NCBI GenBank assembly: GCA_026419835.1
Contig: JAOAKQ010000002.1
Coordinates: 3,440 to 67,439 of the forward strand
Origin: Sulfolobales archaeon
GTDB lineage: Archaea; Thermoproteota; Thermoprotei_A; Sulfolobales; NBVN01
Direction of reading: 5' to 3'
Length of the DNA: 64,000 nucleotides
Within the stretch, counting starts at the first letter, position 1. The number at the start of each line of letters is the position of its first letter. Positions 19,984-30,395 of the stretch are shown here, piece by piece. Position numbers and translations under genes: made by a program. Under the pieces are notes generated by a model, which did no database searches, was not told where the DNA came from, and worked only from the letters and a program-made list of their open reading frames with translations.

Positions 19984-21744
19984 TTAAGAAGCTCTGTAGT
20001 TTGGGATCGGTCTAGTTCTTCTAGTTATCAGTAGGTGCAGTAGTAGCAGTAGAACGACCCCGAGTGGGAGGAGAACTAGCGGGTTGAGTAGTCCAGCTAG
20101 AATAAGTACGTATAGAACTACGCTAACCGCAGCCGCTAGAGTACCGTAGGGTAGCTGGGTTTTTACGTGGTCTATGTGGTCGGAGGAGCTGAACATGGAC
20201 GACATTATGGTGGTATCACTTATTGGCGAGACGTGGTCTCCGTATATTCCCCCACCAAATACAGCACCGATTGACGCGGCAGCGAGTAAGTGCGCTAGTC
20301 CAGGATCTCCTAGTTGAGTTAAGGCTAGCTTCCAAGCCAGTGGTACGGCTATGGGTATCATGATCCCGAAGGTACCCCAGCTAGTACCGGTTGTGTAGGA
20401 TACGAACATGGAGACCAGGAATATGATTAGCGGAGCGGCATACGCTGGAATACCGACCGCGACTGCGTGATTAACGACGTAGTCAGCGGTTCCTACAGTG
20501 TCCGTGGCTGTCTTAATGCTCCACGCGTGTAGTAGTATTGCGTTAGCGTAGAGCATCGTGTACATACCCTTAACCGTGTACTCCATCGCCTTAGTGAAGC
20601 TCAGTACTCTAAGTAGTAGAACCCCGGCTAGAGCTACTAGATAACCAGCGAAACTACCCCAGAGTAGTGCTGTAGCTGCGTCTGACTCCATTAGAGCATC
20701 TGAGAACGGCACAGTCCACCAAGGCACTTCACTCACCGACCCGCTCTCGATAATTGCTTGAGCCCCGGTGTACCACATACCTACGAGTGTGATAGCTACT
20801 AGAGTAGCGATGGAGGTAACGAATAGTGCTGGAGGAGCTCTTCTCTCCTTCACCGGCTCTCCTAGAATCGTCTCAGTAGGCATTAGAGGGACAGCCCCGT
20901 CTCTAAGAACCTTACCTTCAGCAGTGGACCTGAGCTCAGCGGCTAGCATGGGGCCGAAGTGCTTTCTAGACACTATTACGATGTAGACCATGAGGAGAGC
21001 TAGAATTGAGTAGAAGTGGTACGGGAGGGCCGACAGCCACATAGCGTATGGGCCTACCTCAGGAGCCGCTGCGATTTTCCCGGCCGCTACTTCTTCTTGA
21101 AGTGTTTCGAGTGCTGCTTTTATCTGACCTACTTCATAGCCTATCCAAGTAGATACTAAGGCTATGCCAGCTACTGGAGCCGCCGTTGAGTCCACTATGT
21201 AGCTTAGTAGCTCTCTACTGACTCTGAGTCTATCTGTGAGAGGTCTCATAGTGTTCCCTACGATTATGGTATTCGTGTAGTCGTCGAAGAACACTATAGT
21301 TCCTAGAGCTGTAGTCGCTATACCAGCTCCGCGCGCAGTTCTAACCCTCCTAGCTAGGGATTCAGCTAGACTGTGGAGAGAGCCGGAAACGTAGAGTAGT
21401 CCTACCAGAGCACCTATAACGAAGTCGAAGAGCAGTATAGTCGCATTCCACGAGTCGGTGGCGTTTTCAACTAACCAACTAAGTGTGAGCATTGTACCGC
21501 TCAGCGGGTTGTAGGCAGATACCATGAGCGCACCAACCCATACTCCTAGAAATAGAGATGGAAGTACCTGACCCGTTAGAATACAGAGAGTAATGGCTAG
21601 CAGCGGCGGGAGCAGTGGGAACGTGTAGTAGGGGAATCTCTTGTCTTCAGGCATGTACTCAGCGTTCGGCGGAGCCGCTAGAGCTAGAGCGATTACCAGA
21701 ACTAGGATTACCACCACTATCTTAATCGAGAACTTCGAGCTCAG
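19984..21744 (-). CDS. Na+/H+ antiporter NhaC family transporter
   Basis: FFDDYTN, YIVDSTAAP, TGTSWGTFGI, GDHVSPISDTT. Probable CTG start at 21744 (ORF track 21717). Confidence 0.9.
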   Translation of the reverse strand: MSSKFSIKIVVVILVLVIALALAAPPNAEYMPEDKRFPYYTFPLLPPLLAITLCILTGQVLPSLFLGVWVGALMVSAYNPLSGTMLTLSWLVENATDSWNATILLFDFVIGALVGLLYVSGSLHSLAESLARRVRTARGAGIATTALGTIVFFDDYTNTIIVGNTMRPLTDRLRVSRELLSYIVDSTAAPVAGIALVSTWIGYEVGQIKAALETLQEEVAAGKIAAAPEVGPYAMWLSALPYHFYSILALLMVYIVIVSRKHFGPMLAAELRSTAEGKVLRDGAVPLMPTETILGEPVKERRAPPALFVTSIATLVAITLVGMWYTGAQAIIESGSVSEVPWWTVPFSDALMESDAATALLWGSFAGYLVALAGVLLLRVLSFTKAMEYTVKGMYTMLYANAILLHAWSIKTATDTVGTADYVVNHAVAVGIPAYAAPLIIFLVSMFVSYTTGTSWGTFGIMIPIAVPLAWKLALTQLGDPGLAHLLAAASIGAVFGGGIYGDHVSPISDTTIMSSMFSSSDHIDHVKTQLPYGTLAAAVSVVLYVLILAGLLNPLVLLPLGVVLLLLLHLLITRRTRPIPNYRAS

Positions 21745-21900
21745 GAGATCTCACCTAAACATACACGCACTTCAAATATAAAAACTTTGCCCGCGGTTCG
21801 GAGCTTTCAGAGCTAGGAGTAAATATCCTCAGCGGAGGTCCGGAGCTCGACAGACCGCGGAATCAGCTTAAATTGTACTGTAGTTAGGAATGAGTTAGAG

Positions 21901-22464
21901 GTGGTGCGGGTACGCACGTATGTAAAGCCCTTAATTCGAGTGCTAAGAGCTGAAGACTGGAGACTTCTTGTCGAGGACGAGAACTGCCTATCGAGCGACC
22001 TAGGTCTCGGATGGCGCGTCGAGGGAAACACGTACTTTCTCGATATGGCGGAGCTTACGTACGTAGTCTACAAGGGTATCTGCGATGTGTACGTAGGAGA
22101 TAGAGCGACCGACTTAACGCTTCTCTACTCACTATACCCCCAGATGGACTACGCCTGGTCGAAGTTCGCGGTACTACTCGACCTGAGGGAGAGGGGTAGG
22201 AAAGCTAGGTCGGGCTACTCGCCCAGAGAACTGCTCTACGCTAAGGGCAGTGAGAAGGTCCTAGTCCTAGTTCTTGAAGAAAACACGGTTATAGAGGCTT
22301 CGAAGATCGTTGAGTGGGTTAGGTCGGCTATAATGCGCGAGTGCGCTCCGGTGATTGCGGTCGTTGATGCTCACGGAGATGTAACCTACTACTCAGCGAG
22401 TTTAGCTAGAGCTGAAGATCTGGGTAGGGTGTACCTAGGTGAAGATTCCCCTGGAACCAGCTAG
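21901..22464 (+). CDS. tRNA-splicing endonuclease, structural (non-catalytic) subunit
   Basis: F.VLLDLRERGR, VLEEN, IAVVDAHGDVTYY. Confidence 0.8.
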   Translation: MVRVRTYVKPLIRVLRAEDWRLLVEDENCLSSDLGLGWRVEGNTYFLDMAELTYVVYKGICDVYVGDRATDLTLLYSLYPQMDYAWSKFAVLLDLRERGRKARSGYSPRELLYAKGSEKVLVLVLEENTVIEASKIVEWVRSAIMRECAPVIAVVDAHGDVTYYSASLARAEDLGRVYLGEDSPGTS

Positions 22465-23731
22465 AGGCACTAGGGACTTACTACCACCGACATCGGAGTA
22501 CCACCAGCAGCTGATAACCAGATTCTCAGAGGTCGCTGAGCTGTACGGCTACAGACTCGCAGTTATTCCGACTATAGAGCACTTCGAGATCTACGAAGCT
22601 AAGTCGGGACCCGGGATAAGTAGGAGCATGTACGTATTTCAAGATAAGGCCGGTAGGACCGTGTGCTTAAGACCTGAGTTTACGGCTAGTATTGTCAGAG
22701 CCTACTTGAAGCACCTAACGGCCAGACCGAAACCTATTAAGCTCTACTACTACGGGCAGGTCTTTAGGTACGATGAACCTCAGTTCGGTAGGTACAGAGA
22801 GTTCTACCAAGTCGGTGTTGAGTACGTCGGTGAGCCGAGGATCTACGCGGACGTAGAGCTATTCCAGCTGATTAGAGACTTCTACAGTTCTATAGGCCTA
22901 TCGAACTACAGCTTCAGAGTTAACGACATCTCCATTATAAGGGGGTTGCTGAGTAGGTGGGGTCTACCCGAGGAAGCTCAGGACGAAGTGCTTCACTTAA
23001 TAGATAAGGGGGAGATTGAGAAAGCACTCAATCTAGTTGGCGGCTTCTCCGGGTCCGAGAGGGATTTACTGGAGAAGCTACTGGAGATTAGAGCTCTAAG
23101 TACGGAAGAACTGAAGTCCGAAATACGGAAGTTGGGACCTCTCCCAGAGGAAGCCATGCCCGGGTTCGGTAGGCTGCTAGAGCTCTTCGAGACTCTCCTT
23201 GGCCTAGGCTTCAGGGTGTACGTAGACTTTAAGCTAGTTAGAGGATTAGCGTACTACACCGGAGTAATCTTCGAGGTTACGGTGCCGGGGTTCAATCTAA
23301 GTATAGGTGGTGGGGGTAGGTACGATACGCTATCTAAGCTACTCGGCGGTGCTGAAACACCAGCCACGGGCTTCTCTCTAGGTGTAGAGAGGACTCTACT
23401 AGCACTCGAAGCTGAGAAAGCACTCGAGAACCTACTGAAGCCTAGGCCGAGGGTTATGCTTGTATCTCTAGTACCGGACGTAGCTTACGTAGATAGGGTA
23501 TCGACTAAGATGCGGAGTAGGGGCGTTATTGTAGATGTGAGGTTCTCGCACAAGCAGAAGCTATCGGACCTACTGAGTCAAGCCGCTAGACTAGGCTTCG
23601 ACTTCGTAGCGATCGTAGGTGAATCCGAACTTAGGGAGCGGAAGGTGGCTGTGAAGTACTTGAAGACCGGAATCCAGAGAGTCGTCGATGCGGATACCGC
23701 AGACCGGTTCGTATTAGAATGGCTTAGTTGA
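22439..23731 (+). CDS. hisS: Histidine--tRNA ligase
   Basis: RGTRD, LRPEFT, FRYDEPQ.GRYREF.Q, RGLAYYTG, GGGRYD. Confidence 0.96.
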   Translation: MKIPLEPARGTRDLLPPTSEYHQQLITRFSEVAELYGYRLAVIPTIEHFEIYEAKSGPGISRSMYVFQDKAGRTVCLRPEFTASIVRAYLKHLTARPKPIKLYYYGQVFRYDEPQFGRYREFYQVGVEYVGEPRIYADVELFQLIRDFYSSIGLSNYSFRVNDISIIRGLLSRWGLPEEAQDEVLHLIDKGEIEKALNLVGGFSGSERDLLEKLLEIRALSTEELKSEIRKLGPLPEEAMPGFGRLLELFETLLGLGFRVYVDFKLVRGLAYYTGVIFEVTVPGFNLSIGGGGRYDTLSKLLGGAETPATGFSLGVERTLLALEAEKALENLLKPRPRVMLVSLVPDVAYVDRVSTKMRSRGVIVDVRFSHKQKLSDLLSQAARLGFDFVAIVGESELRERKVAVKYLKTGIQRVVDADTADRFVLEWLS

Positions 23732-23783
23732 GAAAGGTAGTTGTCTTCTTTTCTACCTACAGCTACTTCCGGGGGCTGTCGGA

Positions 23784-24731
23784 GTGCTCGAAGGGCATTC
23801 TCTAGTGGAAGATGTGAAGATCAGGAGGGGGATGAGTGTGAGGGAGCTAGTAGAAACCTACGAGAAGATCCACGGGTTCACAGCCGGGTCTCTAGCTAGA
23901 GCCGCCGAGATCCTCAGAGAAGGACTTAGAGACTCTGATGCGAGATTTCTATCGTTCACAGGTAACCTGGTGGCAACGGGTTTAAGGGGGGTTCTAGCTC
24001 AGCTCATCGAGGCCGGGTTCTTCAACGTGGTCATCACTACGTGCGGAACCGTGGACCACGATATTGCGAGAAGTATGGGCGGTAGGTACTATAGAGGTGA
24101 CTTCGACCTCAGCGACGTAGAGCTATCTGAGAGGGGAATACATAGACTTGGGAACGTACTGATTCCTAGAGATAGCTACGGCACCGTTATTGAGTCCTAC
24201 GTTAGAGAACTCGTCGGGAGGTTAGCGAGGGAGAGGTTAGTGTGGGGCGTGCGGGAAGTCCTTCAGGAGGTCGGTAGAGACCTCAGTAAGGACTCGAACT
24301 CGATCCTAGGTTCCGCGTATAGGTCTGGTGCTAGAGTCTACGTACCGGGCATCACGGACGGTGCTTTCGGAACGAGCTTATTCATATTCTCCCAGTTCGA
24401 GAAGGTGCGGCTAGACCCGTTTAGAGATATGAAGGAGCTTTCAGATATAGTCTTCTCCTCTAAGAAGAGCGCGGCTCTAGTTCTCGGGGGCGGTATAAGC
24501 AAGCACCACACTATATGGTGGAACCAGTTTAGGGGGGGTTTAGACTACGCAGTATACGTAACCACAGCAGTAGAGTGGGACGGCTCTCTAAGTGGTGCTA
24601 GAACTAGGGAAGCTATCTCGTGGGGGAAGATTAGTTCGAGAGGTAAGCACGTAACTGTCTACGGTGATGCGACTGTAATACTGCCAATACTAGCGGCCTA
24701 TCTTATCGATGTGGCAGGTCTTGACCGCTAG
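23784..24731 (+). CDS. dys: Deoxyhypusine synthase
   Basis: TGNLVATGLR, GGGISKHH, DGSLSGA..REAISWGK. Confidence 0.95.
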   Translation: MLEGHSLVEDVKIRRGMSVRELVETYEKIHGFTAGSLARAAEILREGLRDSDARFLSFTGNLVATGLRGVLAQLIEAGFFNVVITTCGTVDHDIARSMGGRYYRGDFDLSDVELSERGIHRLGNVLIPRDSYGTVIESYVRELVGRLARERLVWGVREVLQEVGRDLSKDSNSILGSAYRSGARVYVPGITDGAFGTSLFIFSQFEKVRLDPFRDMKELSDIVFSSKKSAALVLGGGISKHHTIWWNQFRGGLDYAVYVTTAVEWDGSLSGARTREAISWGKISSRGKHVTVYGDATVILPILAAYLIDVAGLDR

Positions 24732-24820
24732 TGGGGTAGTTAGAGAGTTCTCGTCTGGAGGTAGTTTTTAATGGCGCTACTATTAGTACGATTTGAAGAG
24801 ATTGAGTAGTTGATTGAGGG

Positions 24821-27800
24821 GTGGTGGTAGTTAGAGAAGAACTAGGTGAAGCATCGCTAGCTGTATACTTCAGGTCGTGCCCTAACTGCGGAGGTCCGAT
24901 TAGCGATAGGAGACTTCTAATGGGCTTACCCTGCACTAGGTGCCTACCTCAGAGAGCGGTTGAGGACTTGGAGAAGGTTTCCCTATTTAGAGTATTGAAG
25001 AAAGCCGGTACTATGAAGTACTATAAGGAACTGGAGAGAGTGCGGAGTGCGTATAGCGAGCTAGTCGAGGTCTTCACTAAGGCTCTGGGAAGCGAGCCGT
25101 GGGGTATACAGAAGCTGTGGCTCATGAGGTTAAGTAAGAGGTCTTCTTTCGCGATGCTAGCACCGACTGGTGTTGGTAAGACGACTGTGGGTCTTCTAGC
25201 GGCTATATACTTCACTAAGAAGGGAGGTAAGAGCTACGTTTTAGTGCCGACAACCATACTGGTTAAGCAAGCTGAGAAAGTCTTGGAGAAGTTTCTCAGT
25301 AGAATAGGGTACGAAGCTATAGTTATCTCAATACACTCAAAGCTCAGTAGAGCTGAGAAGGCTAGGAGGGAGGAAGCTCTCGAGCGCGGGGATTTCGATA
25401 TACTGGTCACTACATCTAGGTACTTGATGAAGAACTTCGATAAGTTTAAGAACCTCAAGTTCAGCTACATCTTCGTAGACGACGTTGACGCGATTATGCG
25501 TGGTTCTAGAGCTATAGAGATGGTACTCGCTCTAATGGGCTTCTCGGAGGAGGACGTAGCTAGAGGCATAGAGCTAGTGAAACTGAGGAGAGAGATGGCG
25601 TATAGAGGTTCGAAAGAAGACCTCCTGGAAAAAACGAGAAAGCTCGAGGAAGACCTGGAGGAAAGGTCTAAGCAAATAGACTCCGTTTTAGTGATTGCGT
25701 CAGCTACTGGTGCTCCCAGAGGTATTAGGTCTAGATTGTTTAGAGAACTCCTAGGCTTCGATGTAGGTGCTCGCCCCGAACTAATTAGAAATGTTGTTGA
25801 TGTGTGCGTAGTTCCTTCCAAGAGCATCGAAGACGAGGTCGTTGAGCTCGTGAAAAAACTGGGTAGTGGAGGACTTGTCTACGTACCGGTGGATAGGGGT
25901 GTAGAGTACGCTAACTACTTAGCGAACTATTTGAGAAGTGCCGGTGTGAGAGCTGAAGCACTTCACAGTAAGAAAACTGAAGCACTAGACCTCTTCGCCT
26001 CGGGTGGCGATGTCGATGTTCTAGTTGGCGTAGCGACGTACTACGGAGTTCTTGTGAGAGGAATAGATATACCGGAGCGTATTAGGTACGCAGTCTTCGC
26101 CGGGGTCCCGCGGCATAAGGTAGGACTTAGAGTAGAGAGACTAGATGTTAGGGATGCTCTAAGACTACTTCCACTACTAGTGACCTCAGTGAAATCTGAA
26201 GAAGTTAGAGATAGGCTCGATACCTACTTTACTAAGCTAATTAGAGCTGTGAGAAGAGCTGGGTCCCTAGCTATAGAGAGATTTAAGGAAGTTCTTGAAG
26301 GTAGAAGAGCGCCGGAAACGAGCGTGGAGATAACGTTTATAGAAGCTTTCGAAGCAGTTAAAGAACTCTTGAAGAACCCCGACGTACTGGATTCCATGAA
26401 GAAGAACCCGGAGGTAGCCGTTGTAGAAGAAAGTGGAGAACTGTACGTACTGATACCGGACGCTCTAACCTACATACAGGCTAGTGGAAGAACGTCGAGA
26501 CTTTACGTAGGAGGTGTGAGTAGGGGTATATCTGTCGTTATCGTAGACGATAGCAGGCTCCTTAGAGGTCTCGAGAGGAGGCTTTCATTTACGATTGATG
26601 ACTTCAAGTTCGCTGACTACGGCGAGATTTCGGAAAAGCTCCCCGAGATTCTGAGGGATGTAGATAGAGATAGGGAGTTTATACGAATGATTCGCGAAGG
26701 AGTCGTACCAGTGGAAGAACTCACGAAACTTCGAGGTCTTGAGTTCAAGACTTCACTACTGATCGTCGAGTCCCCCAACAAAGCTAGGACCATAGCTAGG
26801 TTCTTCGGAAAACCGAGTGCTAAGGAGTACGGAAGACTTAGAGCTTACGAAGTGAGCTTAGGTAACCAGACCATACTCATAACCTCGTCGGGAGGGCACG
26901 TCTACGAGCTCGTTACGAATATCGGGGACTTACTTAAGAATACTGGTGATTGGACGGAGCTTCACGGAGTTATGGTTAGGAACGGTAGGTACGTACCCAT
27001 CTACACTACGATAAAGAAGTGCCAGTCTTGCGGTAGGCAGTTTACGGATGAGGGAGTTCAAGCTGGTGTGTGCCCCTACTGTGGTTCTACGCGGGTCGCC
27101 GACTCTATAGACGTTGTGCTAGCTATAAGAGATGTCGCAATGGAGGTAGATGAAGTACTCGTTGGTACGGACCCCGATACTGAGGGTGAGAAGATAGCTT
27201 ACGACTTGATCTGTGCCGTTACTCCTCTAAACGGCAGTGTTAAGAGGATAGAGTTTCACGAAGTTACTAGAAGAGCTCTGGCCGAGTCTATAAGAAATCC
27301 TAGAGATGTAGATGTAAACCTAGTTAAGGCCCAGCTGGTTAGACGCATAGAAGATAGGTGGATAGGCTTCTCTCTATCGAAGCTACTTCAGGAGGACTTC
27401 TGGCCGATGTTCTGCCGCGAGATAGTTCCTCAGCTACCGAATACCGCTAGAAAGAAGTACCAGAGGCTGTGCGATGAAAATCCCACGGTGTATAGAAACC
27501 TATCAGCCGGCAGGGTTCAAACACCGGTTCTAGGCTGGGTAATCAGGAATGCGGAAGACTACAAGAAGTCGAGGAGGGAGGCTATTGCGGTATCTATAGA
27601 GGAGCTCAACCTAGAGTTCACTGCGGACCTACGGGATGAGTTTAGGAGAATTGATGTCAGCGATGTGGAGTTTGTTGATGTAGTTATTGAAGGTGTTGAG
27701 GAGCAGGTAGTTACGTTAAAGCCCGAACCACCGTTCACCACGGACTCCATACTCTCAGAGCTCAGCTCGAGGTACGGTATCTCCGTAGTTAAGTCTATGG

Positions 27801-28669
27801 AGATCCTCCAGGAACTGTTTGAAGCTGGCTTCATAACCTACCACAGAACTGATAGCACTAGGGTCTCCGATGTGGGTATTAGAGTAGCTGAAGAGTACTT
27901 GAAGCACGTTGAGGGAGAGAACTACAGAGAGCTATTCAAGCCTAGAACCTGGGGTGAGGGCGGTGCTCACGAAGCCATCCGCCCGACCAGACCTATAGAT
28001 GCGGAAACACTTAGAAGACTGATCGACGAGGGGGTCATGGAGCCAGCGATCAAGCTACAGAAGAAGCACTTCATCGTGTACGATACCATATTCAGAAGGT
28101 TCGTAGCATCTCAACTACGTGAAGCTGATGTAGTAGCTGCTAGAGTCAAGTACAGACTGCTCCTAAAGCTCAAGAACGGTCAAATAGCTGAGTTAGGACC
28201 TAGCTACGTCAACATCTACACGTCTGTAGCTAGAGAAGGCTTCCTCAAGTACGACCGGAGGATTAAGATTAGAAAACCGGTAGCTCCAGGTACCTACAGA
28301 GCTGCGAACGTCAGATTATTCTATAGAAGTGACGTTCAGCAACACACAGAGTCGTCTCTAGTTAGAAAAATGAAGGAAGCTGGTATAGGTAGACCCAGCA
28401 CGTACTCGAAGATAGTGGAGACGATATTGAAGAGAGGATATGCGAGACCTGTCGTAATGTTCGGTAAGAAAATCAACTACCTAGCACCGACGAAACTCGG
28501 TGCGGAAGTGTACAGGTACCTTATCGGTAGATTTGAGAAACTCGTTAGTGAAGAGAGAACTAGGGAACTAGAGAGAAAGATGGACCTAGTTGAGCAGGGT
28601 TTAGACGACTACAGTAGAGTTATATCGATACTCTACAACGACTTAGTTGATATGGGGTTAGTGAAGTGA
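24821..28669 (+). CDS. rgy: Reverse gyrase
   Basis: N-terminal Zn finger, APTGVGKT, DDVD, QASGRTSR, VESPNKA, DPDTEGE, SAGRVQTP, ITYHRTDS, GIGRPSTY. Confidence 0.97.
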   Translation: MVVVREELGEASLAVYFRSCPNCGGPISDRRLLMGLPCTRCLPQRAVEDLEKVSLFRVLKKAGTMKYYKELERVRSAYSELVEVFTKALGSEPWGIQKLWLMRLSKRSSFAMLAPTGVGKTTVGLLAAIYFTKKGGKSYVLVPTTILVKQAEKVLEKFLSRIGYEAIVISIHSKLSRAEKARREEALERGDFDILVTTSRYLMKNFDKFKNLKFSYIFVDDVDAIMRGSRAIEMVLALMGFSEEDVARGIELVKLRREMAYRGSKEDLLEKTRKLEEDLEERSKQIDSVLVIASATGAPRGIRSRLFRELLGFDVGARPELIRNVVDVCVVPSKSIEDEVVELVKKLGSGGLVYVPVDRGVEYANYLANYLRSAGVRAEALHSKKTEALDLFASGGDVDVLVGVATYYGVLVRGIDIPERIRYAVFAGVPRHKVGLRVERLDVRDALRLLPLLVTSVKSEEVRDRLDTYFTKLIRAVRRAGSLAIERFKEVLEGRRAPETSVEITFIEAFEAVKELLKNPDVLDSMKKNPEVAVVEESGELYVLIPDALTYIQASGRTSRLYVGGVSRGISVVIVDDSRLLRGLERRLSFTIDDFKFADYGEISEKLPEILRDVDRDREFIRMIREGVVPVEELTKLRGLEFKTSLLIVESPNKARTIARFFGKPSAKEYGRLRAYEVSLGNQTILITSSGGHVYELVTNIGDLLKNTGDWTELHGVMVRNGRYVPIYTTIKKCQSCGRQFTDEGVQAGVCPYCGSTRVADSIDVVLAIRDVAMEVDEVLVGTDPDTEGEKIAYDLICAVTPLNGSVKRIEFHEVTRRALAESIRNPRDVDVNLVKAQLVRRIEDRWIGFSLSKLLQEDFWPMFCREIVPQLPNTARKKYQRLCDENPTVYRNLSAGRVQTPVLGWVIRNAEDYKKSRREAIAVSIEELNLEFTADLRDEFRRIDVSDVEFVDVVIEGVEEQVVTLKPEPPFTTDSILSELSSRYGISVVKSMEILQELFEAGFITYHRTDSTRVSDVGIRVAEEYLKHVEGENYRELFKPRTWGEGGAHEAIRPTRPIDAETLRRLIDEGVMEPAIKLQKKHFIVYDTIFRRFVASQLREADVVAARVKYRLLLKLKNGQIAELGPSYVNIYTSVAREGFLKYDRRIKIRKPVAPGTYRAANVRLFYRSDVQQHTESSLVRKMKEAGIGRPSTYSKIVETILKRGYARPVVMFGKKINYLAPTKLGAEVYRYLIGRFEKLVSEERTRELERKMDLVEQGLDDYSRVISILYNDLVDMGLVK

Positions 28670-29445
28670 AGACCCGGGACTTGGTGGCGATAGCGGTCTA
28701 TAGACTCAATCTTGGCGTTGGAACTAAGGAGTTCGTCAGGGAAATTTACGATCTCGCGGTTGAGTCCAGCCCGGTTAGTGCTTCAATACTGCCACTACCT
28801 CTAAAACCTCTGAGAGACTTCATGTCCGGTAGGAAGAGCTACGGATCTTATAGAAGAGCGGTTAGAAATCTCACCACTAAAATCTCAGCGGTAGTTAATT
28901 CAGAGAGAGCGTACGTAGGTCCGGTAGTAGTACGCTACGGAGGAAACACTTTTCTCTCAGTAGTTGAAGCCGCATCGGGTTCCGAGATTTCGAGAAAGTT
29001 CATTAGGTACGGTGGTGAGTTTAGAGGACACGTACCTAGACTACCGAACGTAATCATCGGCAACGTCAGCGTATGTTTTCTAATTCTCGACGACGTGTTC
29101 TATCCGGAAACGGCTAGGTACTGTGCTGAATCCGGTTCTTCGCTCCTAGTCAGCGTTCTCCCCCCTATAGCAGACCTAGACCCGGAACTAGCGGTTGCAG
29201 CCGCTCGCGTAAGAGCGTATGAAAACGGAGTAAACGTCGTACTGCTGGGTGGGTACGTTAAAGACCGCTCCATTCCCACGGCAATCGTAAGGAGAGACGG
29301 TTCTGTAGTAGATATCGTTAACGAGGCTCGCTCGGAGGTAATAGAGATTCAGCTAGCTGGAGAAAGTACCGCTAGACCGTGCTGCGAGTCTATGCGTAGG
29401 TACTTCGTTAAAGCAATAAAGATGTTGAATAGCTCTAGCGTGTAG
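28666..29445 (+). CDS. Carbon-nitrogen hydrolase (nitrilase)-fold protein, catalytically degenerate
   Basis: ILDDVFYPETAR (cf. ICYD..FPE.AR), RAYENG, IV..DG. Confidence 0.7.
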   Translation: MKTRDLVAIAVYRLNLGVGTKEFVREIYDLAVESSPVSASILPLPLKPLRDFMSGRKSYGSYRRAVRNLTTKISAVVNSERAYVGPVVVRYGGNTFLSVVEAASGSEISRKFIRYGGEFRGHVPRLPNVIIGNVSVCFLILDDVFYPETARYCAESGSSLLVSVLPPIADLDPELAVAAARVRAYENGVNVVLLGGYVKDRSIPTAIVRRDGSVVDIVNEARSEVIEIQLAGESTARPCCESMRRYFVKAIKMLNSSSV

Positions 29446-29450
29446 GTACT

Positions 29451-30395
29451 CTACTTTCTCTCCACAGGACCTACTACAACCGACCCAGCTAGTTTGTTTA
29501 TGTAGTCTACGTCTTCATCTACTAGCTTCTGGATGAGCTCTACCTCCTCTTTCATTAGGTGAGCGAATCTTCCCTGAGTCTTTAGGTACTCCTCGACTGG
29601 GAGGCGCTTAGGTACTGGTGTAGTAACTCTGAAGGAACCTCTATCGATCTCGTAGTTTACCCATATACCTGTCTGAACCGCTAGCTTAGCAATCTTAACC
29701 GTTAGATGGGGCTCGTACCTCCACCCCGGAACGCAGGGTGCGTATGCGTGTATGAAGGTAGGTCCCTCGATTTCAGATGCCTTCCTCAGCTTCACGTAGA
29801 AGTCGGAGATGTACGCAAAATTGACCGTTGCTACGTACGGTATTCCGTGAGCTCTTACAATTCCAACGATATCTTTCTTCCTCCTCCACTCACCCCGCCA
29901 GACCTTACCTGCTGGCGTAGTCGTCGTCCAGGCGTAGAGCGGGGTTGCGCCACTTCTCTGAATACCCGTGTTCATGTAGGCTTCGTTATCGTAGAGTACG
30001 TACAGAACGTTATGACCTCTCTCAAGCATTCCTGAGAGTGCCTGTAGTCCTATGTCTACGGTACCCCCATCACCACCTATAGCCACCACCTTCACCTTCT
30101 TCTCGGGGTTCATCAACCCCTTCCTCTTCAGAGCCTTCACAGCGGCCTCTATACCGGAGGCAACTGCGGCGGCGTTTTCAAATGCTACGTGAATCCAGGG
30201 AACTCTCCAAGCAGTTTCTGGATATAGGGATGTCGTAACCTCAACACAGCCCGTTGCGTGGGCTATGATGATGTCCTTACCGAGAGCCTTGAGTAGGTGC
30301 CTCATTACTATTGCCGCTCCACATCCTTGACACATTCTGTGTCCTGGAGCTAGGAGCTCTTCTCTAGGTATTGAAGCTATTGTAAACGCACTCAC
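29451..30395 (-). CDS. porB: Pyruvate/2-oxoacid:ferredoxin oxidoreductase beta subunit
   Basis: GHRMCQGCG, GGDGG..DIG, YDNEAYMNTGIQRS. Confidence 0.93.
   Translation of the reverse strand: MSAFTIASIPREELLAPGHRMCQGCGAAIVMRHLLKALGKDIIIAHATGCVEVTTSLYPETAWRVPWIHVAFENAAAVASGIEAAVKALKRKGLMNPEKKVKVVAIGGDGGTVDIGLQALSGMLERGHNVLYVLYDNEAYMNTGIQRSGATPLYAWTTTTPAGKVWRGEWRRKKDIVGIVRAHGIPYVATVNFAYISDFYVKLRKASEIEGPTFIHAYAPCVPGWRYEPHLTVKIAKLAVQTGIWVNYEIDRGSFRVTTPVPKRLPVEEYLKTQGRFAHLMKEEVELIQKLVDEDVDYINKLAGSVVVGPVERK

Noticed and set aside
24821-28669. Possible intein in reverse gyrase
   Set aside because: Length is ordinary and no intein terminal or LAGLIDADG motifs were seen.
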